Shown here: one piece after another, positions 8,248-15,259 of the stretch
Layout of the letters: each line of letters begins with the position of its first letter
Numbering within the stretch: the stretch's first letter is position 1
Assembly (NCBI GenBank): GCA_041742355.1
Contig: JBGSIV010000057.1
Span: 1 to 27,657, forward strand
DNA length: 27,657 bases
DNA from: Candidatus Zixiibacteriota bacterium
GTDB taxonomy: Bacteria > Zixibacteria > MSB-5A5 > GN15 > FEB-12
Reading direction: 5' to 3'
Program-made: the position numbers and the translations under genes
Notes under the pieces: model-generated
Databases searched by the model: none
Seen by the model: the letters and a program-made list of their open reading frames with translations, nothing else
What the model was told of the DNA's origin: nothing

Positions 8248-9474
8248 CTAATCGTCTGATTGCCCCGGGGCGAGTTGATCGAGGTACATACGGGCCGTGC
8301 TCCGGTACCGGGCATCCGGCCGTTCGACATAGCGCCGCAGAAACCCCACCGCCTCATGCCGAGCCGTCTGATCCTCTCCGGCGGCCAGCCGCCCGACGTT
8401 GAACTGCGCCTCGATCAGTTGTCGTTCCACCAGATGCAGATCGGAGAAGCCGGTTCTGTCCTTCCGCGAAGGCATCGCCAGTGATTGGCGGGCCCGGCTC
8501 AGATCATTCCAGACGGTCTGCAATGAGTCGCTCCGGTCGATCCAGTCAGCCAGTGTCAGCCGGTCCAATGGCTCCGGGGCCGTCAGTGTCCCGGCGACAA
8601 TCCGGGCCGCCGGTGAGGCCGCGTTGACCTGGGTCAGGGCCGAGGATCCGCTCAGATTCAGCGACGGCGACAGACGCATCGGCATCCGCGCCACCAGACT
8701 CTCCTCCCGTTCCGCCGCCTGGTAGCGCTCGGCGGACTCATCGGAGAACGCGGGCATATCGGTCAACGCCTTCGGTGACGTTCTCTGCGGCATAGGTGCG
8801 GCCGCCGACGGCTCGGAGGGTTCCATGCCGGTCTTATCCTCCGGTTGCACCATGATCGACTTGTCCAATTCAGTCTGACTTCTTTTCAACGCCGCATCCA
8901 CGGTTGTCTCGGCCTTTTTCGCCGCCGTTCGACCCGCAGCGTCCCCACCGGACTCTTTGCTCTGGTTCCCTTCCGGTTTGTCGGGGTCCGAGAGCTGTAC
9001 CCCGGGTGAGCTTTGTGCTTTCTCAGACGATGCTTGTTCCTCGGGGGAGACCGGCTCGGAGGGGGCCGTCGTCATTGCCGGGGGTGACTGTATCGTCACC
9101 GGTTCCCGGCCGTCATCCTGTTTCAGGATCTCGGTCTGGTGCAGCCCGATGAATGTCAGCACGCCCACCGAGGCGGCCACGGCCGCCAGTTTCCATCCGA
9201 ACCCCCAGCCCCGTTTCCCGGCGATATTCGTCACCTCCGGCCCGGCATCCACGCCTAGCCGCGCCTCGATCTTCTGCGCCTGCGCTTCCCAGTAATCGTC
9301 GCCGTCCAAACCGCTGTGCCGCTCGACCAAGAGGTCGAGTTTGCGCAGATCCTCGTAGATTCCGCGGCACTCGGCGCACTCCTCCAGATGCCGGCGCATG
9401 GCCTCCATCTCGTAGTCGCGCAGCTCGCTGTCGAGATACCCTGATATCCGGTCTTTGAAGTATCCGTGATCCAT
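8248..9474 (-). CDS. Membrane-anchored zinc-finger (zf-HC2) anti-sigma factor
   Basis: ISGYLDSEL...HLEECAEC (Hx3Cx2C), a single TM (WKLAAVAASVGVLTFIGL), a long Pro/Ser/Glu linker and a helical C-terminal domain; directly downstream of the ECF sigma gene. Confidence 0.88.
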   Translation of the reverse strand: MDHGYFKDRISGYLDSELRDYEMEAMRRHLEECAECRGIYEDLRKLDLLVERHSGLDGDDYWEAQAQKIEARLGVDAGPEVTNIAGKRGWGFGWKLAAVAASVGVLTFIGLHQTEILKQDDGREPVTIQSPPAMTTAPSEPVSPEEQASSEKAQSSPGVQLSDPDKPEGNQSKESGGDAAGRTAAKKAETTVDAALKRSQTELDKSIMVQPEDKTGMEPSEPSAAAPMPQRTSPKALTDMPAFSDESAERYQAAEREESLVARMPMRLSPSLNLSGSSALTQVNAASPAARIVAGTLTAPEPLDRLTLADWIDRSDSLQTVWNDLSRARQSLAMPSRKDRTGFSDLHLVERQLIEAQFNVGRLAAGEDQTARHEAVGFLRRYVERPDARYRSTARMYLDQLAPGQSDD

Positions 9475-9494
9475 TTACCAACCACTCCCGCCGC

Positions 9495-10097
9495 TCACAG
9501 CAGGTCCTTCAGGGCTTCCAGCAACAGCTGGCGGGCCCGGTAAAGCCGGGAGTCGACGGTCCCCGGCGGAATTTTCAGGTAACTTGCTATATCGGCGTAA
9601 TTCATTCCCTCGAAGTGTCTCAGCACGAACGCCACCCGGTGCTGCAGCGGCAGCGCCTGCAACGCCTGGTAAAACCGTTTTTTGCCCTCTGCGTTAATCA
9701 GGTTTTCAAGCGGCCCCAGATCGACCGACTCCGGATCATACCCCTTTTCAGCGAGGGCATCCAGGGATTCGCTCTTCTCTTCCTTGCGGATCAGGTTGTA
9801 GGCGGTGTTGCGGGCGATGGTTGACAGCCACGGGTAAAAATCGTACTCGGTCTTGAAGCTCCTGATATTCTCGTAGGCCTTCACAAATGACTCCTGGACC
9901 ACGTCTTCCGTTGCATCGACCGATCCCAGCAGGGCGTAGATGTACCGATATAACCTTTTCTGGTGCATTCGGATAAGCTGTCCGAACGCCCGTTTGTCGC
10001 CGTTCTGAGCGGCCTCCACCAAGGCGCGCTCGGCAGACTTCGCCTCCGCATCAGTTACCCGCTGGCGGTCGTTATCTTCCCGGAGATTTTCAGCCAT
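9495..10097 (-). CDS. ECF RNA polymerase sigma factor (SigW/RpoE-like)
   Basis: GDKRAFGQL, EDVVQESFVKAY, FYPWLSTIARN (region 2); EGMNYADIA..LKIPPGTVDSRLYRAR (region 4). Confidence 0.95.
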   Translation of the reverse strand: MAENLREDNDRQRVTDAEAKSAERALVEAAQNGDKRAFGQLIRMHQKRLYRYIYALLGSVDATEDVVQESFVKAYENIRSFKTEYDFYPWLSTIARNTAYNLIRKEEKSESLDALAEKGYDPESVDLGPLENLINAEGKKRFYQALQALPLQHRVAFVLRHFEGMNYADIASYLKIPPGTVDSRLYRARQLLLEALKDLL

Positions 10098-11085
10098 GTC
10101 GCCTATCCCGGTCGGAAATTAACCCCACTACCAGAACTTCCAAGGCCAGCCGGGGCGGGAGATCGCCTCCGCGAAGCTGTGCCTCGGTGTCGGCCAGATC
10201 GACGATGATCTGCTCGAGGCGGCCGCTATCGTACCGGTTCGCCTGTCCCCGGAGTTTCCGCTCCAGCCAGGCCATATTCGGCGGCAGCGATTTACCGCTC
10301 CGCAGCAGGTAGAGCCGCAGGAAGTGGCTGGAGAGCAGCGTACAGATGGTCACCGGCGAATTCCCCTCTTCGATCAACTTCTCAAGGCTCTGCAGCACCC
10401 GGTGCGGTTGTCCGCCGGCCACGAGGTCGACGAGTTCGAAGATGTTGATCACCTCGTACCCGGCCGCCACAGTGGTGACATCCTCGGCCGTGATCGTCTC
10501 CCCCTTCCCCTTGTAATTGACCAGCTTGTCGACCTCGGCAACCACCGCGCCGAGATTCCCGGCCACCAGGTCGATCAGGGTCTGCAGGGCGTCCGGTTCG
10601 ATCGCGAGGCCGGCTTTCTGGAGCCTCCCCTGGACCTGCCCGGCCACCTCCCGCTGGTTGAGCTTCGGGAACTCGACCATCACGACGCCCGCTGACTCCA
10701 CGAGCTTGAAGAATTTCGCGCTCTTCTTGGGGGTTCGGGCCGAGGGGGAGCTGAAGATGATCACGCGGTTGGGATCGGGCGGCTTGAGCATCGACAGAAT
10801 CCGCTCGACATCGGTGGGGTTGAAGCTCTGGAATTCGGCGATGCTGAACACCTGCCGTTCGCCGAGCATCGGGAGGTTGGACAGCTCGGCGATCACCTCT
10901 TTGGCCGAGGCTTTTCGGCCGTTGAGCTTGCGGTAGTTGGTCTGAATCTGGCGGTCGGGGAGGAATTGCCGGGCGATGTACTTGGTCGCCTCGATAATTC
11001 GGTAGTCTTCCGGCCCGTAGAAGTAGTAGGCCGGCTTGAACTGGCCGGCCGAGATGTCTTTGAGGAGTTCACCGGGACTGGGCAT
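10090..11085 (-). CDS. holA: DNA polymerase III subunit delta
   Basis: YYFYGPEDY, LPMLGERQV, EVDKLVNY...ITAEDV, NIFELVD motifs. ATG 11085 preferred over TTG 11094. Confidence 0.9.
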   Translation of the reverse strand: MPSPGELLKDISAGQFKPAYYFYGPEDYRIIEATKYIARQFLPDRQIQTNYRKLNGRKASAKEVIAELSNLPMLGERQVFSIAEFQSFNPTDVERILSMLKPPDPNRVIIFSSPSARTPKKSAKFFKLVESAGVVMVEFPKLNQREVAGQVQGRLQKAGLAIEPDALQTLIDLVAGNLGAVVAEVDKLVNYKGKGETITAEDVTTVAAGYEVINIFELVDLVAGGQPHRVLQSLEKLIEEGNSPVTICTLLSSHFLRLYLLRSGKSLPPNMAWLERKLRGQANRYDSGRLEQIIVDLADTEAQLRGGDLPPRLALEVLVVGLISDRDRRHG

Positions 11086-11093
11086 GGTGACCA

Positions 11094-11122
11094 AAAATAG
11101 GCCACGGTGCGGGAAGCGTCAA
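11094..11122 (-). promoter_or_regulatory. Putative sigma70 promoter giving a near-leaderless holA transcript
   Basis: TTGACG-N17-TATTTT, 8 nt from ATG 11085; no SD. Confidence 0.55.
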
Positions 11123-11499
11123 TCAAAAAGCTCTTCGAGGTCCGGAGTCTGGCGCACCGGCACCCATTCGATTGAAAACCGGTACTTGGACCGGTAGGTC
11201 AGGGCCCGCGCCACGAGGGGGGTGAATTCAACGGGGAGGTGATCCCGGCGATTGACGGCGTTGACCACGCGCATGTTGTTGCCGAAGATCTGGTAGGTGT
11301 TTTTCGAGAAGTACTTCTGGTTGCTGTCGATGAACTCCAGCAGGGCCAGAAGCGCGGCAAGGTCCCCGTGGTCGCCATCGACGGCTTCAAAGGGGGCCTT
11401 GAACTTGATCCCCAGTTCGGGGATATTGAACGTCACCACGACCGACTTGTCGATCTGGTTGTCGTTCGGCAGTTGTACCGACCCGAAGTAACATTCCAT
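11119..11499 (-). CDS. Hypothetical protein with degenerate RNase HI-like fold
   Basis: MECYFGS...HGDLAALLALLEF...YQIFGNNMRVVNAVN...FSIEWVP follows the RNase HI/RVT_3 pattern YFDG...AEY.ALI..LE...I.GDS.LV..QV...WVPR. Start at ATG 11499. Confidence 0.6.
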   Translation of the reverse strand: MECYFGSVQLPNDNQIDKSVVVTFNIPELGIKFKAPFEAVDGDHGDLAALLALLEFIDSNQKYFSKNTYQIFGNNMRVVNAVNRRDHLPVEFTPLVARALTYRSKYRFSIEWVPVRQTPDLEELFD

Positions 11500-11653
11500 A
11501 CCCCGCCCGATGCAATCGCCGTGCCCTCCGCCCCGATTAGAGGAAGCTCTTGCCGCGCAAACCATTCGCTGGATCCGCGGGTGTCCGGCCGGGCCCACTA
11601 TCTGCAAGCCGCTTCACAGATCCGCCCGATATCTTCGCCCCCCGACTCTACGC

Positions 11654-11681
11654 TTGCACTCTGCCGTTGAATCCCTATTTT
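11654..11681 (+). promoter_or_regulatory. Putative sigma70 promoter giving a near-leaderless RLAN/RimK operon transcript
   Basis: TTGCAC-N16-TATTTT, 7 nt before ATG 11689; no SD. Confidence 0.5.
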
Positions 11682-11688
11682 AGTCCCC

Positions 11689-12321
11689 ATGCGCAACCGA
11701 CTCAAAACAGCCAAGGCCCACCGCTACGTGGCGGTGCTCACCGAAGACGATACATTCGTCAACTTAGCCGGGCGGTACGAGTATCTCGAACTGCCGTACT
11801 ACGTATCTCAGGATTACGAGAACGACCGGCTTCCCGTTCGCCCGACCTGCAAGCAGATGCTCGACGCCTACATTGTCCCGCTTTTCCTTGAGCGGGCCAA
11901 GCTGGCCGGTCTCGATGTCCCCGAGTACTATATCACCAACGGTTACTTCGAGGCCCCCTCGATTATCGACTCCATCAACCCGTTCATGTCGCGCAGCCGG
12001 ACTGTCCTCAAGATGTCCCAGCAGAAATCGGTGGCCAAGTCGATCACCCGCAATTTCACGTATGCCGCCTGCGTGCAAGAGATTCCCCCCGAGGCCAAAA
12101 TCGAGCAGTTCCGGGCGGTCCTCGGATGGTCGGTTGCCCCCCGGTACCGCGACGCCGCGGAGAAGATCTGGAAAGTCTTCGCGATCCCCCTTGCTCGCGT
12201 CCGCGTCATGCACACCTACGACGGCCGCCTCCTGTTGAGCAAGATCAGCCCGCTGGTGTACAAAGATCTCAAGCAACGCGAACTCGAGTACCTGGAGAAG
12301 AAGATCCGATGGGACGAATAG
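11689..12321 (+). CDS. RimK-like ATP-grasp N-terminal (RLAN) domain protein
   Basis: VNLAGRYEYLELPYYVSQDYE...VRPT matches the RLAN pattern (INL...Y.Y...GYY.SL.AE......P); first gene of the RimK operon. Confidence 0.75.
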   Translation: MRNRLKTAKAHRYVAVLTEDDTFVNLAGRYEYLELPYYVSQDYENDRLPVRPTCKQMLDAYIVPLFLERAKLAGLDVPEYYITNGYFEAPSIIDSINPFMSRSRTVLKMSQQKSVAKSITRNFTYAACVQEIPPEAKIEQFRAVLGWSVAPRYRDAAEKIWKVFAIPLARVRVMHTYDGRLLLSKISPLVYKDLKQRELEYLEKKIRWDE

Positions 12322-13199
12322 GCGTTTACGTCGAACGATACACGATAACGCGGTCGGACGAGATGGAAGCGCTCATGCGTTTCGCCATGGTCGCCCGCAA
12401 GATCGGCCATGAAGTCGACTACCTCTTTCGGCCGGATCTCTCCAAGATTCCCCAGTACGACGCGATCTTCATCCGGGCCCTGACCGACCCGCTCAATTCT
12501 TCGTATGTCGCCGCCCGGATGGCCGAGATGCACGGCAAGCGGGTGATCGATGACCCGCGTTCCATCTACATCTGCTGCGACAAGGTCAACATGTACGCCC
12601 ATCTGCAGCGCGAGGGTGTCCCGATGCCCCAGACGATCTTTCTGGAGGAGAAGGACCTGACCCGGGCGCGCGGCGCGGAGGTGCTCGATATCCTCGGCAG
12701 CCCGGTCGTGCTCAAGGCTCCCAACAGCAGTTTCTCCATGTATGTCGAGAAGGCGGAGACGCCCGAGGCCTTTGTCCGGGTCGGCAACCGTTTCCTCCGG
12801 CGCTCCGACCGCCTTGTCGCCCAGCGTTTCATCAAGTCGGAATTCGACTGGCGGGTCGGCATTATCGCGGGGGAGGTGCTGTACGTGTGCCAGTACACGA
12901 TCCCGCGCAAGCGGTGGAAGATTCTCACGTACATGGAGAACAACCGCGTCCTTTCGGGGCCGGTCAAGGGCGTCCCGCTGCACCAGGCCGACCCAAAACT
13001 CCTCGAGACCGCTCTTCTGGCGGCAAAGTCTATCGGCGACGGCCTCTACGGCATCGATCTGAAGCAGGTCGAAGACGGCTACTCGGTGATCGAGGTCAAC
13101 GACAATCCCACGATAAACGCCGGCGAAGAGGATCAGGCCGCGGGGGATCTCTATGAGAAGGTGATCCGCTTCCTGCTTGAGGGCAAGACCACGCCATGA
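12309..13199 (+). CDS. RimK-family ATP-grasp peptide ligase
   Basis: VIDDPRSI..CCDK, PVVLKAPNSSFS, QRFIKSEFDWRVG, YGIDLK and IEVNDNP (ExN). True start at ATG 12309 (MGRIGVY), overlapping the upstream gene by 13 nt. Confidence 0.9.
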   Translation: MGRIGVYVERYTITRSDEMEALMRFAMVARKIGHEVDYLFRPDLSKIPQYDAIFIRALTDPLNSSYVAARMAEMHGKRVIDDPRSIYICCDKVNMYAHLQREGVPMPQTIFLEEKDLTRARGAEVLDILGSPVVLKAPNSSFSMYVEKAETPEAFVRVGNRFLRRSDRLVAQRFIKSEFDWRVGIIAGEVLYVCQYTIPRKRWKILTYMENNRVLSGPVKGVPLHQADPKLLETALLAAKSIGDGLYGIDLKQVEDGYSVIEVNDNPTINAGEEDQAAGDLYEKVIRFLLEGKTTP

Positions 13200-14314
13200 C
13201 CACGCCGTCGGCTTTTCGCCTGCGCATCGCGGCCCGACGCGATCTCGACGAACTCGTCGCTCTTGAAAACCGCAGTTTCTCAAGCGATCGCTTCAGTGAA
13301 GACAACATCAAGTACCTCATCGAGGATGCCCAGGCAACTACCTACGTAACCGATCACGACAGCCGCATTGTCGGAGCGGCGTACATGCTCTGGCGCCGCC
13401 AGTCCCCGGTAGGCCGCCTTTACAACATAGCGACCGATCCCGCGATGCGCGGCAAGGGGCTCGGCCAGAAGATGCTCGACGCCTGCCATGAGGAGGCCGC
13501 CTGGCGCAACTGCTCCGCGACCTCGCTCGAGGTTCGCGTCGATAATGTTGGCGCGATCGCCCTCTACGAGCGCAACGGCTACACGTTCGACAAGCGGCTC
13601 CCGAAGTACTACGAGGACGGCACCGATGGCCAGCGGATGATCCGCCCCGTGACGGCTGCCCGGCCGGAAAAGTTCAAGGTCAAGGTTCCCTACTACGCCC
13701 AGACGCTCGACTTCACGTGCGGCCCGGCCGCCGTCATCATGGCCATGAAGTACTTCGACCCGGACCTCGATGACGACCGGCTGCTCGAGCTCACGCTCTG
13801 GCGCGAAGCCACGATGATCTTCATGACGTCCGGCATGGGGGGCACCGGGCCGTTCGGCCTGGCTCTCTCCGCGCTCGACCGCGGCCTCTCCGCGCGCATC
13901 ATCCTCTCGAAGGACCAGACCCCGTTCTTCTCGTCGGTGCGGTCGGAAGACAAGCGCAAGATCATCAAGATCGTTCACGAGGATCTTCGCGACCGCGCCT
14001 ATGACCGGGGGATTCCCGTTCACTACTACGACTTCTCGTTCGACGATATCGTGGTCGAACTTCTCCGCGGGCGGATTCCGATCGTGCTGATCAGCACGTA
14101 TCAGCTTCACGGCGACCGGGCGCCCCACTATGTCGTGATCACCGGGTTCGACAAGGAGTACATCTACTTCCACGATCCGTACGAGTCGGAGTACGGGAAG
14201 GAACCCCATCGGGCCCGCAACATCAAGATCGAGCTGAACCAGTTTTCCCGCATGCGCCGGTACGGTAAGGACCTCTACAAGTGCGTCGTTTTCCTCGGCG
14301 CGGGGAATATCTGA
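13196..14314 (+). CDS. GNAT N-acetyltransferase fused to a C39-like (DUF3335) cysteine peptidase
   Basis: RimI-like GNAT (RGKGLG, LEVRVDN..AIALYERNGY, YYEDG) plus peptidase with YYAQTLDFTCGPA (Q...C) and PHYVVITGFD..YIYFHDP (H...D). ATGA overlap with the ligase gene. Confidence 0.9.
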   Translation: MTTPSAFRLRIAARRDLDELVALENRSFSSDRFSEDNIKYLIEDAQATTYVTDHDSRIVGAAYMLWRRQSPVGRLYNIATDPAMRGKGLGQKMLDACHEEAAWRNCSATSLEVRVDNVGAIALYERNGYTFDKRLPKYYEDGTDGQRMIRPVTAARPEKFKVKVPYYAQTLDFTCGPAAVIMAMKYFDPDLDDDRLLELTLWREATMIFMTSGMGGTGPFGLALSALDRGLSARIILSKDQTPFFSSVRSEDKRKIIKIVHEDLRDRAYDRGIPVHYYDFSFDDIVVELLRGRIPIVLISTYQLHGDRAPHYVVITGFDKEYIYFHDPYESEYGKEPHRARNIKIELNQFSRMRRYGKDLYKCVVFLGAGNI

Positions 14315-14358
14315 GAGGGGCGCCGGGCACCCGTGGAGTTGGGTTCGTTTGAGAGCAT

Positions 14359-14434
14359 CGCGGCCGATGTGGACATCGGCCGCGCACACCCGCAGGGTCA
14401 CACGCTCCGGGGCGGAGACAAGCCCCGCCCCTAC
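14359..14434 (-). repeat. Two REP-like palindromes
   Basis: CGCGGCCGATGT-GG-ACATCGGCCGCG (14359-14384) and, on the minus strand, GTAGGGGCGGGGCTTGTCTCCGCCCC (14434-14409). Confidence 0.7.
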
Positions 14435-14490
14435 GCGGTGGAAAGGGGATAGGGTTTGTTTGAGCGGATGCCCAGTTTTCATTCTCGTAT

Positions 14491-14685
14491 TGTCAGGCTC
14501 CAAGGAGCCTGACCTACACGAAGAGCACTAGTATCGGGCTTCCCGCAGCAGAGCTGCGGGTTACCTGTTTATTCTGTCAGGCTGCAAGCAGCCTGACCTA
14601 CACGAAGAGTACTAGTATCGGGCTTCCCGCAGCAGAGCTGCGGGTTACCTGTTTAGTCTGTCCGGCTGCAAGCAGCCTGACCTAC
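14491..14685 (-). repeat. 84-bp tandem repeat (about 2.3 copies), BIME-like, each unit with a GTAG-REP and a second hairpin
   Basis: Units start at 14491, 14575 and 14659. REP on the minus strand is GTAGGTCAGGCT(C/G)CTTG(G/C)AGCCTGACA; the second hairpin is CCCGCAGC-AGA-GCTGCGGG. Confidence 0.9.
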
Positions 14686-14694
14686 TTTCTGAGT

Positions 14695-14724
14695 GGCACG
14701 ACCGCTGAAGGGTCGTGCCCTACG
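14695..14724 (-). repeat. GTAG-type REP palindrome
   Basis: Minus strand CGTAG-GGCACGACC-CTTCAGC-GGTCGTGCC. Confidence 0.75.
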
Positions 14725-14880
14725 TCGTGGTCTGCGTCGTGGTTTGCGTCGTGGTCTGCGTCGTGGTCTACGTCGTGGTCTACGTCGTGGTCTACGTCGT
14801 GGTCTGCGTCGTGGTCTACGTCGTGGTCTGCGTCGTGGTCTACGTCGTGGTCTGCGTCGTGGTCTGCGTCGTGGTCTACG
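14725..14880. repeat. 12-bp minisatellite, 13 copies of TCGTGGTCTRCG
   Basis: Counted directly: 6 x TCGTGGTCTACG, 6 x TCGTGGTCTGCG, 1 x TCGTGGTTTGCG. Confidence 0.97.
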
Positions 14881-15202
14881 TCTGACCGGTTCATACACTT
14901 CGGGATCCCACAGCAAGCTGTGGGCGACCCGATATAAGACTCTGCTCTACAACACTCTGTCCGATTACACTCTGTTCTATACTTACCGGGACGTCGGGGC
15001 AATCTCCATCAGTAGTTCAGTGAAAGTGCGCGGAATCGAGGGCGGTTTACTATTGTGCAGGAGAGTGAATGCGATGAAGGATGAAGACTTAACTTTTGCG
15101 GCGCCAAATGACGTGTTTTTCAAAGGTCGGAAAAAGTCGGCGGGGCGGGAGCTAATAGTTATTGCGGATTGGCGAGTTCGTGTGTGCCGGTGGCCGCGCC
15201 AC

Positions 15203-15238
15203 AAGAGAACCCGGCGTCTTGCCGACGCCGGGCCTCTT
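15203..15238 (-). terminator. Probable terminator after the carboxypeptidase gene
   Basis: CCCGGCGTC-N5-GACGCCGGG stem followed by TTCTCTT on the minus strand, about 20 nt after the stop. Confidence 0.6.
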
Positions 15239-15259
15239 CTCATTCGATTTCGTCCGACC

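Noticed and set aside
14694..14710. Sigma54 promoter (TGGCACG)
   Set aside because: No TTGC at -12 (CTGA instead), it is part of a REP stem, and there is no credible downstream gene.
14491..14880. CRISPR array
   Set aside because: The sequences between the palindromes are near-identical rather than unique spacers, the 12-mer array has no spacers, and there are no cas genes.
15059..15200. Small plus-strand gene starting MKDEDLTF after AGGAGAG
   Set aside because: The frame runs through a terminator hairpin and antisense into the carboxypeptidase gene; no protein-like features.
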